This document shows positions 37,385-56,428 of a DNA stretch of 64,000 bases, one piece after another. Both the position numbers and the translations under genes were made by a program. Under the pieces are notes generated by a model, which was not told where the DNA came from, did not search any database, and saw only the letters and a list, made by a program, of their open reading frames with translations. Position 1 is the stretch's first letter; every line of letters begins with the position of its first letter. Source of the stretch: Eledone cirrhosa (lineage: Eukaryota); the NCBI GenBank assembly GCA_964016885.1, contig OZ024746.1:95108001-95172000 (forward strand). Reading direction: 5' to 3'.

Positions 37385-38760
37385 GTATCTGTTCTATAGT
37401 TATTAGTTTTGATTAGATGTTATATCTAGTCTATCTGTTATTGGTTGTTGTATCTGTTTTATCAGTTATTATCTGTGTTATCTGTTATTAGTTGCTGTAT
37501 CTATTATATCTGTTATTAGTTGCTGTATCCGTTATATCTGTTATTAGATGTTATATCTGTTTTTAGTTGTTCTATCTATTATTTCTGTCATTAGTAGTCG
37601 TATCTGTTGTATCTATTATTAGATTTTCTATCTGTTTTAGTTGCATCTGTTCTATCTGTTGTATCTGTTATTGGCTGTTGTATGTGTTATTAGCTGTTAT
37701 ATCTGTTATTATTTGTATGTTATTTCTGTTATTATTTGTATCTGTTATATCTGTTATTAGTTGTTCTATCTATTGTTGGCTATTCTATCTGTCATTAGCT
37801 GTTCTGTCTGTAATTGCGTTTATATCTGTTATTAGCGGCTGTATTTGTTATTAGTTGTTGTATCTGTTATTAGTTGTTGTATGTATTACATGTGTTAATA
37901 GATGCTGTATCTGTTATGCGTTAATAAATGCTGTAGCTGTTGTATCTGTTATTGGCTGTTATATCTGTTATTGGATGTTGTATCTATTATTGGCTGTTTA
38001 TCTATTGTATTGTTATTAGTTGTTATCATCATCATCATTGTTATATCTATTCTATTTGTTACTAGATTTATCTTTTATTAGCTGTTGTATCTGTTATATC
38101 CTTTATTAGCTGTTGTATCTGTTATATCCTTTATTAGCTGTTGTATCTGTTATATCTGTTATATCTTTTATTAGTTCTTCTATCTGTTATATCTGTTATC
38201 GGTTGTTGCATCTGTTCTATCTGTTAGATATTTTATTAGTTGTTTATCTATTCTATATGTTATTAGCTGTTGTATCTGTTATATCGGTTAGTAGTTTTTG
38301 TATCTATTATATATGTTATTAGATCTCGTATCTGTTATATCTGTTACTAGCTGTTTTATCTGTTGAATCTGTTATTATTTGTTGAATCGATTATATCTGT
38401 TATTAGTCATTGTATCTGTTCTTTCTGTTAGTAGCTACTGTATCTATTATATCTGTTATTTGATTTTGTACCTGTTCTATATGTTATCAGATATTCTATC
38501 CTTTATTAATTGTTGTATCTTTTCTATCTGTTATTAATTGTTGTATCTTTTCTATCTGTTATTAATTGTTGTATCTTTTCTATCTGTTATTATCTGTTGT
38601 TTCTGTTATTAATTGTTGTATATATTCTATCTGTTATTAATGGTGTATCTGTTTTATCGGTTATTAGGTTTTGTATCTGTTACATCTGCTATTAATTTTC
38701 TATCTGCTATTATCTGTGTTTAGATGTTCTTTCTTCAAATGAATCTGTTACATCTGTTAA
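37385..38760. repeat. Degenerate tatctgtta/tatctgttattagttgt tandem repeat
   Basis: Directly visible; old and heterogeneous. Confidence 0.9.
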
Positions 38761-38764
38761 TGAT

Positions 38765-39060
38765 AAATTCTATTTTGCTTTAAAATTTGAACGAAATTGG
38801 TGGCAAAATGTGGGAGCTAGAGCCAAAAATCATATTTTTCGATACCTAAAAAAAGGTGACCCACCTATCAATTTTTATCTGCAGAATGAGCCCGGAATAA
38901 AAAAAAAAAACGATACGCTGATATATCGAAAACACTCCCCGATGACTAATCTATGAACCTGTAAAGTTTCATGAAAATCAGTCGTAAGATGTAGGCCCCT
39001 ATAGGTAATACACATACACACACAGACACACACACATACTTAATTTTATATATATACAGA
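38765..39060 (-). mobile_element. Helitron-like 5' end fragment
   Basis: Minus strand A^TCtgtatatatataaaattaag(tg)n...actgattttcatgaaacttt has the same layout as the other Helitron 5' ends. Confidence 0.5.
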
Positions 39061-39067
39061 TATATAA

Positions 39068-39112
<45 letters not shown>

Positions 39113-39304
39113 GTATAGGATTATCCAAGATGTAGTAATGGTTAATTGCTACACTGGATATGGTTGACGTACGGTGAGAGGTTACTCTACGAGTTATGGA
39201 AGAATTGTTGAAGAAACTTAGTTCCTGATTTTTCTGTATTCCGGAGTGCATATAAAGAATGAATAATAACAGGTAGACATCATAAAAAGGTAATTTATTC
39301 CGTG

Positions 39305-39416
39305 TGCTTACAAATGTTTCCACGGTGGTACTACAGCCTAATTATGCTATGTGCAAATATACAAGTATTTGCAGAACTCAAATATCCAATGCTGTGACCA
39401 CTGTATCCTCAGAGCA
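39305..39416 (-). ncRNA. Type-I hammerhead ribozyme candidate with very long stem II
   Basis: Minus strand: tgct CUGAGGA tacagtggtcacagc...gctgtagtaccaccgtg GAAA catttg UA agca. Confidence 0.68.
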
Positions 39417-40119
39417 GAATGGTAAAATGTACAATGTAAATACCCTTAAGTGGGGTTGTTGGGGAAGATAGAGTAGAAAAGGAAGAGAGAAAAGTAGGGG
39501 AGAGAGAGAGAAAGATATGCAGGGGTTGGAGAAGTAGGAGAGAGTGGTTTGTAGATATTTTAATCAAAATGTTATGGTAGGGGTTTTATTATACTGGTTA
39601 CTTTTGGAGAGATGCGTTGATAGTTAAGGTCGGAATTATTTATTGCCCCAGAGCGCAGGTTCATAGATGTGGAGAGGGAGGTAGGCCAAAGGCGAGAGAG
39701 AGAGTGTGTAATGGATGTAGAGAGAGAGTTAGAGAGGGGACAGACGAAGTTTATGTGGTGAGTGAACTTTGGGTTTGTAGTAGTAATCTATGAATTGCAC
39801 TGAGTTACCATTTATAGTGATAAGCAGTGTATTGTCTTGTAGTGTGGGGGAAGAGAAGGTGGTTAGCTAGAAAGCGATGTTATAGTTACGGGTTCGAATG
39901 TTAAGTTATTTTATAGTGAGAGAATTTAGCTTTTAGTTTGTGGTTGCAGTATAATGATCGTTCAATTCTATCGTTAAGTAGTTTGTTTTGGGATTTTAAT
40001 ATGTAAAAGAGTTCAAGGTTACATAACCTGCAGTACTTCAATCCACTCCGATATGCACTTTCTGGTTTCAAACCTGCCTGGTTTCAAACTATATGTAGAC
40101 CAATCGACACAGGGTAGAT

Positions 40120-41507
<1,388 letters not shown>

Positions 41508-41593
41508 TTCTCTACCTCACGTCATTCACTCTTTTTCTCTACTTTCTTTATCTCTCTCTCTCTTGTCCGAAAAAAAACAAGGGTTTATTCTTT

Positions 41594-41905
41594 GATGATG
41601 AGGATAATGATGACGATGGTGATGGTGGTGATGATGGTGGTGATGATCGTGGTGGTGATGGTGATGGTGGTGATGAATGGTGGTGATGATGGTGGTGGTG
41701 ATGGTGATGATGGTGGTGATGGTGATGATGGTGGTGATGATGGTGGTGATGGTGATGATGGTAGTGATGGTGATGGTGATGATGGTGGTGATGGTGATGA
41801 TGGTGATGGTGAGGACGAGGATGGTGATGAAGACGATGTTGATGATGATGGTGATGAGGATGAGGGTGATGATGATGATGACAAAGACGACAAGATGAAA
41901 AAGAT
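41594..41905. repeat. (GAT/GGT)n tract
   Basis: Directly visible; explains the poly-H/D/M ORFs. Confidence 0.95.
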
Positions 41906-42043
41906 GACAGAGCTGCAAGTTCCATTAAAGATCGTAGACGACTGGGGAACACAAATAGATAAAAAGAACCACTTACAAAGTGACACCCATTTTATTTGGG
42001 TGGAGTCTTACACCCGTACGTATAATATATATATATATACATA

Positions 42044-42128
<85 letters not shown>

Positions 42129-42590
42129 GATAGATAGATATATATGGGCTTTGTCTTTCTCTGTATATGTGAGTACGAGTGTATGTGTGTGTGTGTGTGT
42201 TCGTGTGTGTGTGTTTCGTCTGTTCGTGGTGTTCGTGTGTGTGTGGGTGTGTATGTGTGTGTGTGTTTGTGTGTGGATGTGGGTGTGTGTGGGTATGTGT
42301 GTGTGTGTTCGTGTGTGTGTGTAGACTAGAATTATAAACCCGTAACTATATTTCGTACACCCGGATTCTAACCCAACATGAACCTCTTGTTATATAAAAC
42401 GTTTATCTATGATTTTATCATCCTAATCAGTATTTACACTAACCTCACACACCCACACACATACGCACACCACATGTTGGACCTCCGTCTGTTCCGACGA
42501 TGAATGTTCCAGTTGTACGACCAACGGAATAGCCTGTTCTTTGAATTTAATGTCCAAATGGCTAAACAGCGACGACCGTAGAAATTTATT

Positions 42591-42980
42591 TGTTAATTGT
42601 TTAAACATAACAAGCTAATACTCGGCTCAGAGTGTCTGTTAATTGCTTAAATATAACAAGCTAATACTCGACTCAAAGTGTCTGTTAATTGCTTAAACAT
42701 AAGAAGCTAATACCCGGCTCAAACTATCTGCTAATTGTTTAATGATAACAAGCTAATACTCGGGTCAAAATATCTGCTAATTGTTTAAACATGACAAGCT
42801 AATACTCGGCTGAAGGTATCTGCTAATTGTTTAACACATAACAAACTAATACTCGGCTCAAAGTATCTGCTAATTGTGTGAACATAACAAGCTAATAGTT
42901 GGCTCAAAATATCTGCTAATTGTTTAAACATCAGCTAATACTCTGCTCAAAGTATCTGCTAATTGTTTAAACATAACTAA
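42591..42980. repeat. 46-bp minisatellite, ~8.5 copies
   Basis: Unit tgctaattgtttaaacataacaagctaatactcggctcaaagtatc; starts at 42591 and 42637. Confidence 0.93.
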
Positions 42981-43218
42981 GCAAATGTCTCAATGATCAG
43001 AGTTCAAATGAGAAACACAGAAAAGGATGCGTATAGGATTCTATTTGTTGACTTGTCTCTGCCAGTGGAAGGTGTCACGAAGGAGATGAAAACTCGTGAT
43101 ATGCAGCAAGGTATGATACTTGCCCTAGTGTCATGCTGTGGGTTAGAACTTTTTGACAAAAAATGTGACAGGCAGACAAAAAGGCTGATCAGTTATTATA
43201 ATATTAATTACTAATATA

Positions 43219-43219
<1 letters not shown>

Positions 43220-43249
<30 letters not shown>

Positions 43250-43333
43250 CTTCTTCTTCTTCTTCTTCTTCTTCTTCTTCTTCTTCTTCTTCTTCTCTTC
43301 TTCTTCTTCTTCTTCTTCTTCTTCTTCTTCTTC
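43220..43333. repeat. (TTC)n microsatellite
   Basis: Directly visible. Confidence 0.98.
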
Positions 43334-44052
43334 GCCCACCTATTTTTAAGAGGACCTTGAGGTAGTTCACAAACACACCTTCCAGATGGTCCACAAATAT
43401 ATTAAACTTAGTTTGTTAGGATTTTAGCAAGAAATGATCTACTTAATTTTACTTTTCAGTTTCCGTAAAAAAATGTTTTACATTGACTCTTTAGGTGATC
43501 AGATGGCAGGAAAATATATGTGACATGATGTCCACCATAATTCTCTGTCCATAATTGCTATCTTCAGTTCCTGGATATATTCCAGGCCAGTATCCTACAT
43601 CAGGTTGTCAAGATTTTATTAACATAACAATTAGAACAATTTCATCCATAAAGAAATGGAGTGTGGAGGGGGGGGGGGGGGGTACGTGTTGTTTTAATTA
43701 CTGATCGACACACAGACAGATAGATTGACAGACCGGACAGGCAACCCATTGTATTAACTACAACAACAATAACAAAATCTAAAAAACAACAAAAATCTTG
43801 AAGGGTTTAAAACAGCCTAACAATCCGGCCATGACACCCTCTCCTTACCCCCTTTTCTCCGGTTCTCGGCAATTAGTTTCCCATTCCTGAGTGGCTTCGA
43901 CCATCAAACTAAGAAGGCTTGCCACATACAACCGAAACCGCCAGGCATCCTGGCTGGATTATACCTTCCTTGCCCACTCTGCCCCGTCCCGTGAATAGAG
44001 TATTGATCTGTAGGATCTGTTGGTTTCGGTACAGCAGCTCCTTATCCAAACT

Positions 44053-44086
44053 TTCCTGATGAAGGATTTCTGTCCGAAACGTCGAA
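44053..44086 (+). ncRNA. Minimal type-I hammerhead ribozyme (Penelope-type)
   Basis: ttc CUGAUGA a gga-tttctg-tcc GAAA cg UC gaa: canonical core, GUC triplet, palindromic ACGU stem III, ~85 bp upstream of (TA)n. Confidence 0.75.
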
Positions 44087-44163
44087 CCCTCCTCCCTTTC
44101 CGCCTAGCGTGAACATAATATGACTTTGTATTTTTGCATCGCCGTGTTTGTTTTGTTTCATTA

Positions 44164-48130
<3,967 letters not shown>

Positions 48131-48131
<1 letters not shown>

Positions 48132-48462
48132 TTGGTAAACGGAATAGAATATGCTGACAAATTGTTCACAGTGAAAATAGTTTAATTAGGAATACGAATT
48201 GGCGCAAAATTTATTTTAATACCGCTGGAGCCACTTTTTTAACATAAAAACAGGTAGAATTCCCAAAACTAATCAGATCAGAGCAAACATCACGGACGCT
48301 CTATCTCAAAATTATTTTTGAAAAGCATTAGAAATGCGCAACCGGTAAAACCTAAAGCCAAAACTCATACTAACCAATACAATTACTAATTCTCACTTAT
48401 TCCTAATTAAACTATTTTTCACTGTGAACAATTTGTCAGCATTTTCTATTCTGTTTACCAAT
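48131..48462. mobile_element. ~330-bp element with ~60-bp terminal inverted repeats and a decayed hammerhead motif in the spacer
   Basis: ttggtaaacggaatagaatatgctgacaaattgttcacagtgaaaatagtttaattaggaata is mirrored at ~48398-48461. Spacer 48315-48350 reads UUGAAAA gcat-tagaa-atgc GCAA ccgg UA aaa. Confidence 0.7.
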
Positions 48463-48513
48463 AGATAATAACTTGTGTGTTACACCTCTATTCTTTTAAA
48501 TATATATATACAT

Positions 48514-48590
<77 letters not shown>

Positions 48591-48677
48591 TATAATATAT
48601 ATAAATAAATATATATAAATATATATATATATAAATAAATATATATAAATATATATATAAATAAATAAATATATATA

Positions 48678-48789
<112 letters not shown>

Positions 48790-48794
48790 TATTT

Positions 48795-51138
48795 TTTATT
48801 TTATAGAAGGAGCTTCTACAGGACTAGTACTGTTTCATTCAGATGAAATCTTCAGGAAAAAGGGGAGGAGATGAGAGGGAGAGATGGGTGATAGAGAGAA
48901 AGAGATAGTTTTTATAACTGAGAGAAAGATATATTGTTTTACATAGAGAGGTTGAGAACCGTTGGAAGATAATGTATAAATTAAAGGAATTTGAAAATTA
49001 ACGAAGGGAATTTATGTATGAAGATAGAGAGAAGAAATAATAATTGTGGATGAATATTCTAACGTCAAAAAAGGGTATGTTGATAAGTATTGTGGGCAAT
49101 TTCAAAATTAACGAAGAGAAAAATATTAAGGTTTGTGTGTAGAAGGATTTGAGAAAAATAATGTGAAGTTAAAGTTTGTGTATTGGAGGAATTGATAATA
49201 TATGCGAATAAAGAATTAATATGTATTAAGAATGAGTTCGTTGATGGGGAGAAAAAAATAATAAATTAAGGATGAAATTGAGATTAAAAAGATTTATGAT
49301 AGAGAGAAAAAAATAATGATTGCGGATGAATATTCTAACGTCAAAAAAACAAATGTATATGTTATGAAGGATTTTACAAGGTGAAGATAGAATGAGGGTA
49401 ATGAGTAAACAAGTATTATAGAGTGTATAATTCCCTTTAAAGTATGGTAGGAAGATGGGTATATTTTAAAGAGGTGTATGTATATGTGCCTTTGAGAAAA
49501 GATTCTAAATTGATAAAGAATTGAATATTAACTGTATACTTTGTGAAAAGTTCTATGGAATTTATGCAGGCAGATAGAAAACAAATCTGTACGTCTATTT
49601 ATTATAGAATCTAGGTTAGAGATAATGGTAAATTTTTCATTTAGGCAGAGATTACAGATTTTAGATAGAGAGCTGTTCAAGTATGAGGATGCAGAAGAAA
49701 CCTTCTTCCAAAAGATGGTATATTTAATGTTTTTGTCTTTTAAGGACCATATGAGTTCTGAGAGAGCAGTGTTGGTTCTTTTAAGTTTGTATTTGAAAGA
49801 TGAATGATGATTATAGAGACGAGCTTTAAAAGAGGTGGAAGTGGAGCCAAAATAGGTGAAGGAATTGGTGCTAGTTATAATTTTACATTCATAAATTAAG
49901 TTTTTATCGAGACAATGGTTGTTGAGAGGACATTTATTTTTAATGCGGCAGTTGCAATTAGAGAGATTATTAATGAGTGACCTAGTGTTATCTATAGAAG
50001 GAATTGGATTGGAGAAGTTGTTTGCGATAGAATAATAGGAATAATAGTTTCTTGATTTAGAGTTGGATTATGAACATTTAGCGAAGTTGTGTTTGACGTT
50101 GTATTTGGGTTTACAGAAGTTAGCCTAGGGTTTACAATGACGTCGGGAGTACTATTACTGTTATTATGAAATTCAATGTTGGAAGGAAGAGATTTAGTAT
50201 TTAGTATTTTATTGTTGTGTTTAGAGATGATGTTGGAAATATTGGAGGATGTGGAATAAGAAATTTGAAGGTGTGTTTGTTAAATATTTTACTATAGATA
50301 TGTGAGGGAGGGAAGCATTTATTTAAGGCACTAAAAAATAATTTAGGAATATTGTTATTAATAGAGATGGAGAAAGGAGCATTATACCAGATTATGTTTT
50401 TGTATCTAGGTCTTTTATTAAAATTATTGGAATGATCATGATTAATTATTCTACTGTAATACTTATCAACATACCCTTTTTTGACGTTAGAATATTCATC
50501 CACAATTATTATTTCTTCTCTCTATCTTCATACATAAATTCCCTTCGTTAATTTTCAAATTCCTTTAATTATACATTATCTTCCAACGGTTCTCAACCTC
50601 TCTATGTAAAACAATATATCTTTCTCTCAGTTATAAAAACTATCTCTTTCTCTCTATCACCCATCTCTCCCTCTCCACCTTCACTCTCATCTCCTCCCCC
50701 TTTTTTCATCCTTTCCACCCCCCCCCTCCCTAAATAAAATACTTTTTCCTCGCACATATCCTCCTTTCGTTAATTTTCAAATTTTTTTAATTTATACATT
50801 ATCTTCCAACGGTTTTCAACCTCTCTATGTAAAACAATATATCTCCTCTCAGTTATAAAAACTATCTCTTCTCTCTATCACCCATCTCTCCCTCTCATCT
50901 CCTCCCCTTTTTCATCCTTCCCCCCCCTCTCTAAATAAAATATTTTTCTCAATATCACACATCAATCTAAACCACTTTTCATATGTTGATTTAAAACTGC
51001 ACTATCCACAAGTGTTTTTTAGCCTTCATATCATGTTCTCCTGTTTTATCTGATGAAAACACAAATATTATTGCATGATGATGTTTGTTTTTGAAATGCG
51101 CATAATAAAATACATGGAACTCCTTTAACCATCTTTTG

Positions 51139-51148
<10 letters not shown>
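48795..51148 (-). mobile_element. Penelope-like element (Naiad-like), 5'-truncated, with inverted pLTR copy
   Basis: Minus strand encodes IIWYNAPFS...FPPSHIYSKIFNKHT, then (from ~49960) CNCRIKNKCPLNNHC...LIYEC...TYFGSTSTSFKARLYNH...CNLCLNEK (GIY-YIG). ~48875-49092 is inverted-duplicated at ~50459-50672. Flanked by (TA)n. Confidence 0.9.
51044..51110 (+). ncRNA. Type-I hammerhead ribozyme in Penelope inverted pLTR
   Basis: ttttat CUGAUGA aaacacaaatatta...tgtttgttttt GAAA tgcgca UA ataaaa: 6-bp stem I, palindromic stem III, AUA triplet. Confidence 0.78.
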
Positions 51149-51204
<56 letters not shown>

Positions 51205-51225
51205 AATATATATATATATAAATAA

Positions 51226-51280
<55 letters not shown>

Positions 51281-51359
51281 TATATATAAATAAATAAATA
51301 AATATATATATATATAATATATTATATATATATATTATAATATATATATATATAAATAA

Positions 51360-51401
<42 letters not shown>

Positions 51402-51402
51402 A

Positions 51403-51483
<81 letters not shown>

Positions 51484-51510
51484 AATATATAAATATATAT
51501 ATATATATAT

Positions 51511-51574
<64 letters not shown>

Positions 51575-51696
51575 ATATATATAGATAGATAGATAGATAG
51601 ATAAATATATATAGATAGATAGATAGATATATAAATATATATATATATATATAGATAGATAGATATATATAGATATATAAATATATATAGATAGAT

Positions 51697-51779
<83 letters not shown>

Positions 51780-52145
51780 TATAAATATATATATATATAG
51801 ATATATATATATATATAATATATATATATATATAGATAGATAGATATAGATAGATAGATAAATATATATATAGATAGATATAGATAGATAGATAAATATA
51901 TATATAGATAGATATATATATATATATATAAATATATATATAGATAGATAGATATATATATATATAAATATATATATAGATAGATAGATATATATATATA
52001 TAAATATATATATATAGATAGATAGATATATATATATATAATATATATATATATATAGATAGATAGATATATATATATATATATATATAATAGATAGATA
52101 GATATATATATATATATAAATATATATATATAGATATATATATAT

Positions 52146-52200
<55 letters not shown>

Positions 52201-52315
52201 TATAAATAAATATATATATATATATATATAGATAGATATATAGATATATAAATAAATATATATATATATATATAGATAGATATATATATATAAATATATA
52301 TAGATAGATAGATAG

Positions 52316-52346
<31 letters not shown>

Positions 52347-52359
52347 TAGATAGATATAA

Positions 52360-52394
<35 letters not shown>

Positions 52395-52409
52395 TAGATA
52401 GATAGATAG

Positions 52410-52440
<31 letters not shown>

Positions 52441-52610
52441 AATAATATATATATATATATAGATAGATAGATAGATAGATAGATATAAATAAATATAGAT
52501 AGATAGATAGATATAAATAAATATATATAGATAGATATATATATATAAATAAATATATATATATATATTAATTATATATTATAAATATATATATATATAT
52601 ATATATATAA

Positions 52611-52709
<99 letters not shown>

Positions 52710-52748
52710 TATATATAAATATATATATATATAATATATATATTATAA

Positions 52749-52791
<43 letters not shown>

Positions 52792-52810
52792 TATATATAT
52801 ATAAATAAAT

Positions 52811-52859
<49 letters not shown>

Positions 52860-52943
52860 TATATATATATATAAATAAATATATATATATATATAAATAG
52901 ATATATATATATATATAAATAAATATATATATATATATAATAA

Positions 52944-52974
<31 letters not shown>

Positions 52975-53032
52975 TATATATATAAATAAATAAATATATA
53001 TATATATATATTAAATAAATATATATATATAA

Positions 53033-53107
<75 letters not shown>

Positions 53108-53146
53108 AAATAAATATATATATATATTATATATATATATATATAA

Positions 53147-53187
<41 letters not shown>

Positions 53188-53206
53188 TATATATATATAT
53201 ATATAA

Positions 53207-53287
<81 letters not shown>

Positions 53288-53288
53288 A

Positions 53289-53325
<37 letters not shown>

Positions 53326-53340
53326 TATATATGTATATAG
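51148..53340. repeat. (TA)n/(GATA)n/(TAAA) compound microsatellite
   Basis: Directly visible. Confidence 0.98.
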
Positions 53341-53988
53341 ATTTTGAGTATATGTTGGTTGTATACCAACACTCAGTATGCAGCCTGGAGCACTCGACGA
53401 AGTGCGCAGGTTGGTTTGGTTACTCGGAGTAATGTAAAATAAATCTTAATCTTAATTTTATTTTTTCACTTCTCCATATTCATTTTCATTTATTCTTTAT
53501 TCTCTATTTATTATTTATTTTCTGTTTTCTTCATTTATTGCCTTATATTTCTTCATATACATGGAAGAAATTCTGCCTGACCGACCCCATTTCACGCGCA
53601 CACGCGCTCTGCTGAATACCTCAGATATTCAAAACAACGAACAGTGGAGGACACGTTTCGCACCTTTTCAACAGACAACCTTTCCCCACCCCGGAAAATA
53701 CCCCCAGTTGATGGATGTGAATCCGAAATATATAGGACAATTAAATCTCTCCCAAGGTAACTCTCTCTCTCGTGTTGTCATTTTTATATTTATCCTTTAT
53801 ACTCTTTCCTTCATTCCTCTCCACGTCTTATACACGCCACGCATCTCAACGTACACCCACTTACATCCCTCTCTCTACCACGGATCCTGTTACCCGGAGA
53901 TTTACCCATCTGCATTGTCGAGGCTTCCAAACGACTTAAAGAAATTTACCATATATATATATATATATATGTATGTTTATATATGTAT

Positions 53989-54041
<53 letters not shown>

Positions 54042-54089
54042 AATACAAATATGTGTGGGTATATTTATATATATATATATATATATGTA

Positions 54090-54130
<41 letters not shown>

Positions 54131-54377
54131 CAACACATATATATATAACAACACAATCGGTACAGTATATGGAAGGAATATATTATGTTAACGCTTGATA
54201 TAGCAAGAAGAGGGTCTTAACGTTTCGGCTCAAAATAAAATAGAAAATACAACGAATGGATTAGGACGTAATTAACCATCAAACAATACTTTTTTATATC
54301 TTAAATTTCTTCTCTTAGACTATTATTTACGAACAGTTCAATCCTTAAATTTTATTGCCGACGAGTTCAGTACTGAA

Positions 54378-54676
54378 CAGGACTGGATTTAATGGGGGGC
54401 AAAGCGGCCAATTTCCCCGGACCCCTGCAGTGAGGATCCCGCCAATAATGGCCGCTGCAATTTATTTGTTCCCTTTGCTGAACACTTTAGTTTTAGTATG
54501 GTTAGATTTTTTAATGTAATACCTGTATGTATAACTTTTCAATTCAAATAGTTGCGCCAAGCTAACTTTGATATGTAAATTTGGGGGGTGGGTCTGTGTA
54601 TTCTACTTTTTTGTGCATGAGGGGCCAGCACCTAAAGTCCCCCGCACCCCGGCTCCAAGGCCCGAATCCAACCCTA
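54378..54676. mobile_element. hAT-type MITE with 8-bp TSD
   Basis: TSD gtactgaa at 54370-54377 and 54677-54684; imperfect TIRs caggactggatt / aatccaacccta. Confidence 0.82.
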
Positions 54677-54914
54677 GTACTGAAGGTGTTCAATCAGACG
54701 AGAATATCGATATCCACTGACAGACTGCTTAATCAACATATATTTATTGAATTTAATAATTTTTTTTTCTATTAAAAAGAAGTAATGGTGACAACACAAT
54801 TGCTTGTTGTTGTTGTTGCTTTTGTTATAGTTGTTGTTACTGCTGTTGCTGTCTATTATGGTGATTTATAGAGACATTTCCCCCCGCTTCCGAGTATGTT
54901 CACAGATCAACCAA

Positions 54915-55775
54915 CCTAAGCTGTATACAGCTATGGTACGACCACACTTGGAATTCGCATCATCAGTCTGGAACCCCCATCTTGCTCAGAACATTGACCT
55001 CCTGGAAACTGTTCAGAGACGTGCAACCAAGCGCATACCCTCCATCAGACACCTACCATACTCTGAACTCCTTGCTTCCCTGGGCATGGATTCATTGAAG
55101 CTCCGACGTCTGGCAATGGACTTGGTAAACACCCACAAAGTTATTAACCATCTCGCCAACAACAACCCTGAGCACCTTTTTGATCTCCATGTGTCTAACA
55201 CATGTGGACATGCCTACAAAGTCAGAAAACAGCACAGCTCCCATGACTTTCGGAAACATTTTTTCACACTTAGAGTTGCTGAAGCATGGAACAAACTGCC
55301 TGCGTCAGTTGTTAGCTGCCGAAACACTGCATCCTTTAAAACCTCCATGGAACAAACTGCCTGCGTCAGTTGTTCGCTATCGAGACACTGCATCCTTTAA
55401 AACCTCCATGGAACAAACTGCCTGCGTCAGTTGTTAGCTATCGAGACACTGCATCCTTTAAAACCTCCATGGAACAAACTGCCTGCGTCAGTTGTTAGCT
55501 ATCGAGACACTGCATCCTTTAAAACCTCCATGGAACAAACTACCTGCGTCAGTTGTTAGCTGCCGAGACACTGCATCCTTTAAAACCCTCATGCTTCCCG
55601 AAATTCGCCAAAACTACACCTGATGTCCCCCTTCCATACACATGCACACATGTGTATATCATGACTCATGCACTGTTCATTTTCCTGACGTTTGTACATT
55701 ACCCTATGTACTATACATACACTTTTGATGAATTGTAGTGCACCTGAGCACTGTACACAATATTTTCCTTATAAA
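54915..55775 (+). mobile_element. CR1-clade LINE 3' fragment with internal 61-bp tandem amplification
   Basis: LYTAMVRPHLEFASSVWNPH...LETVQRRATKRIP...GHAYKV...RKHFFTLRVAEAWNKLP. Five 61-bp units at 55285-55589. Confidence 0.9.
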
Positions 55776-56390
55776 AATTAAAAAAATCTCTTACATTGAA
55801 TAATGTACTCTTAAAATAGATGATACTTGAAAAGATATATATATAATATATATAATTAAAATGACTGTTTTAGCTGAAATATCATTGGTGATAGGTCTCC
55901 TAGATCTGAACTGATCTGGAGGCTAAAATAACAACAACCACAACAACCTATAGCTTTATTCAGTCGCCTAAAACCCGTTAACTCACGACATGCTTCTGCT
56001 TTGATCAATATATCATCTAGACGACCAATTGGCGCGTAATTAGAGAATTATCTATATTTCCATAGCAAAGAGTAAAAAATGTCCATAGCAAATAAACATA
56101 CACACACACATACACAGACACACACACATACACACACACACACACACACATACATACACGCACATAGACACACACACACACACATTCATATATACTATAT
56201 GTGCATCTGTATATATATATATATATATGTGTGTGTGTGCACACACATATATAGAAATAATGCCTCCATATATATATATATATACATATATATATGTGCA
56301 ACTTACAGCTAAAATAGATTCTGAATATGTATGTGTACGTGTATATATATATGTATGTGCATGAGTGTCTATATGTGTATACGTTTGTGC

Positions 56391-56428
<38 letters not shown>

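Noticed and set aside
41526-42083. Poly-His/Asp-Gly ORFs
   Set aside because: (GAT/GGT)n microsatellite.
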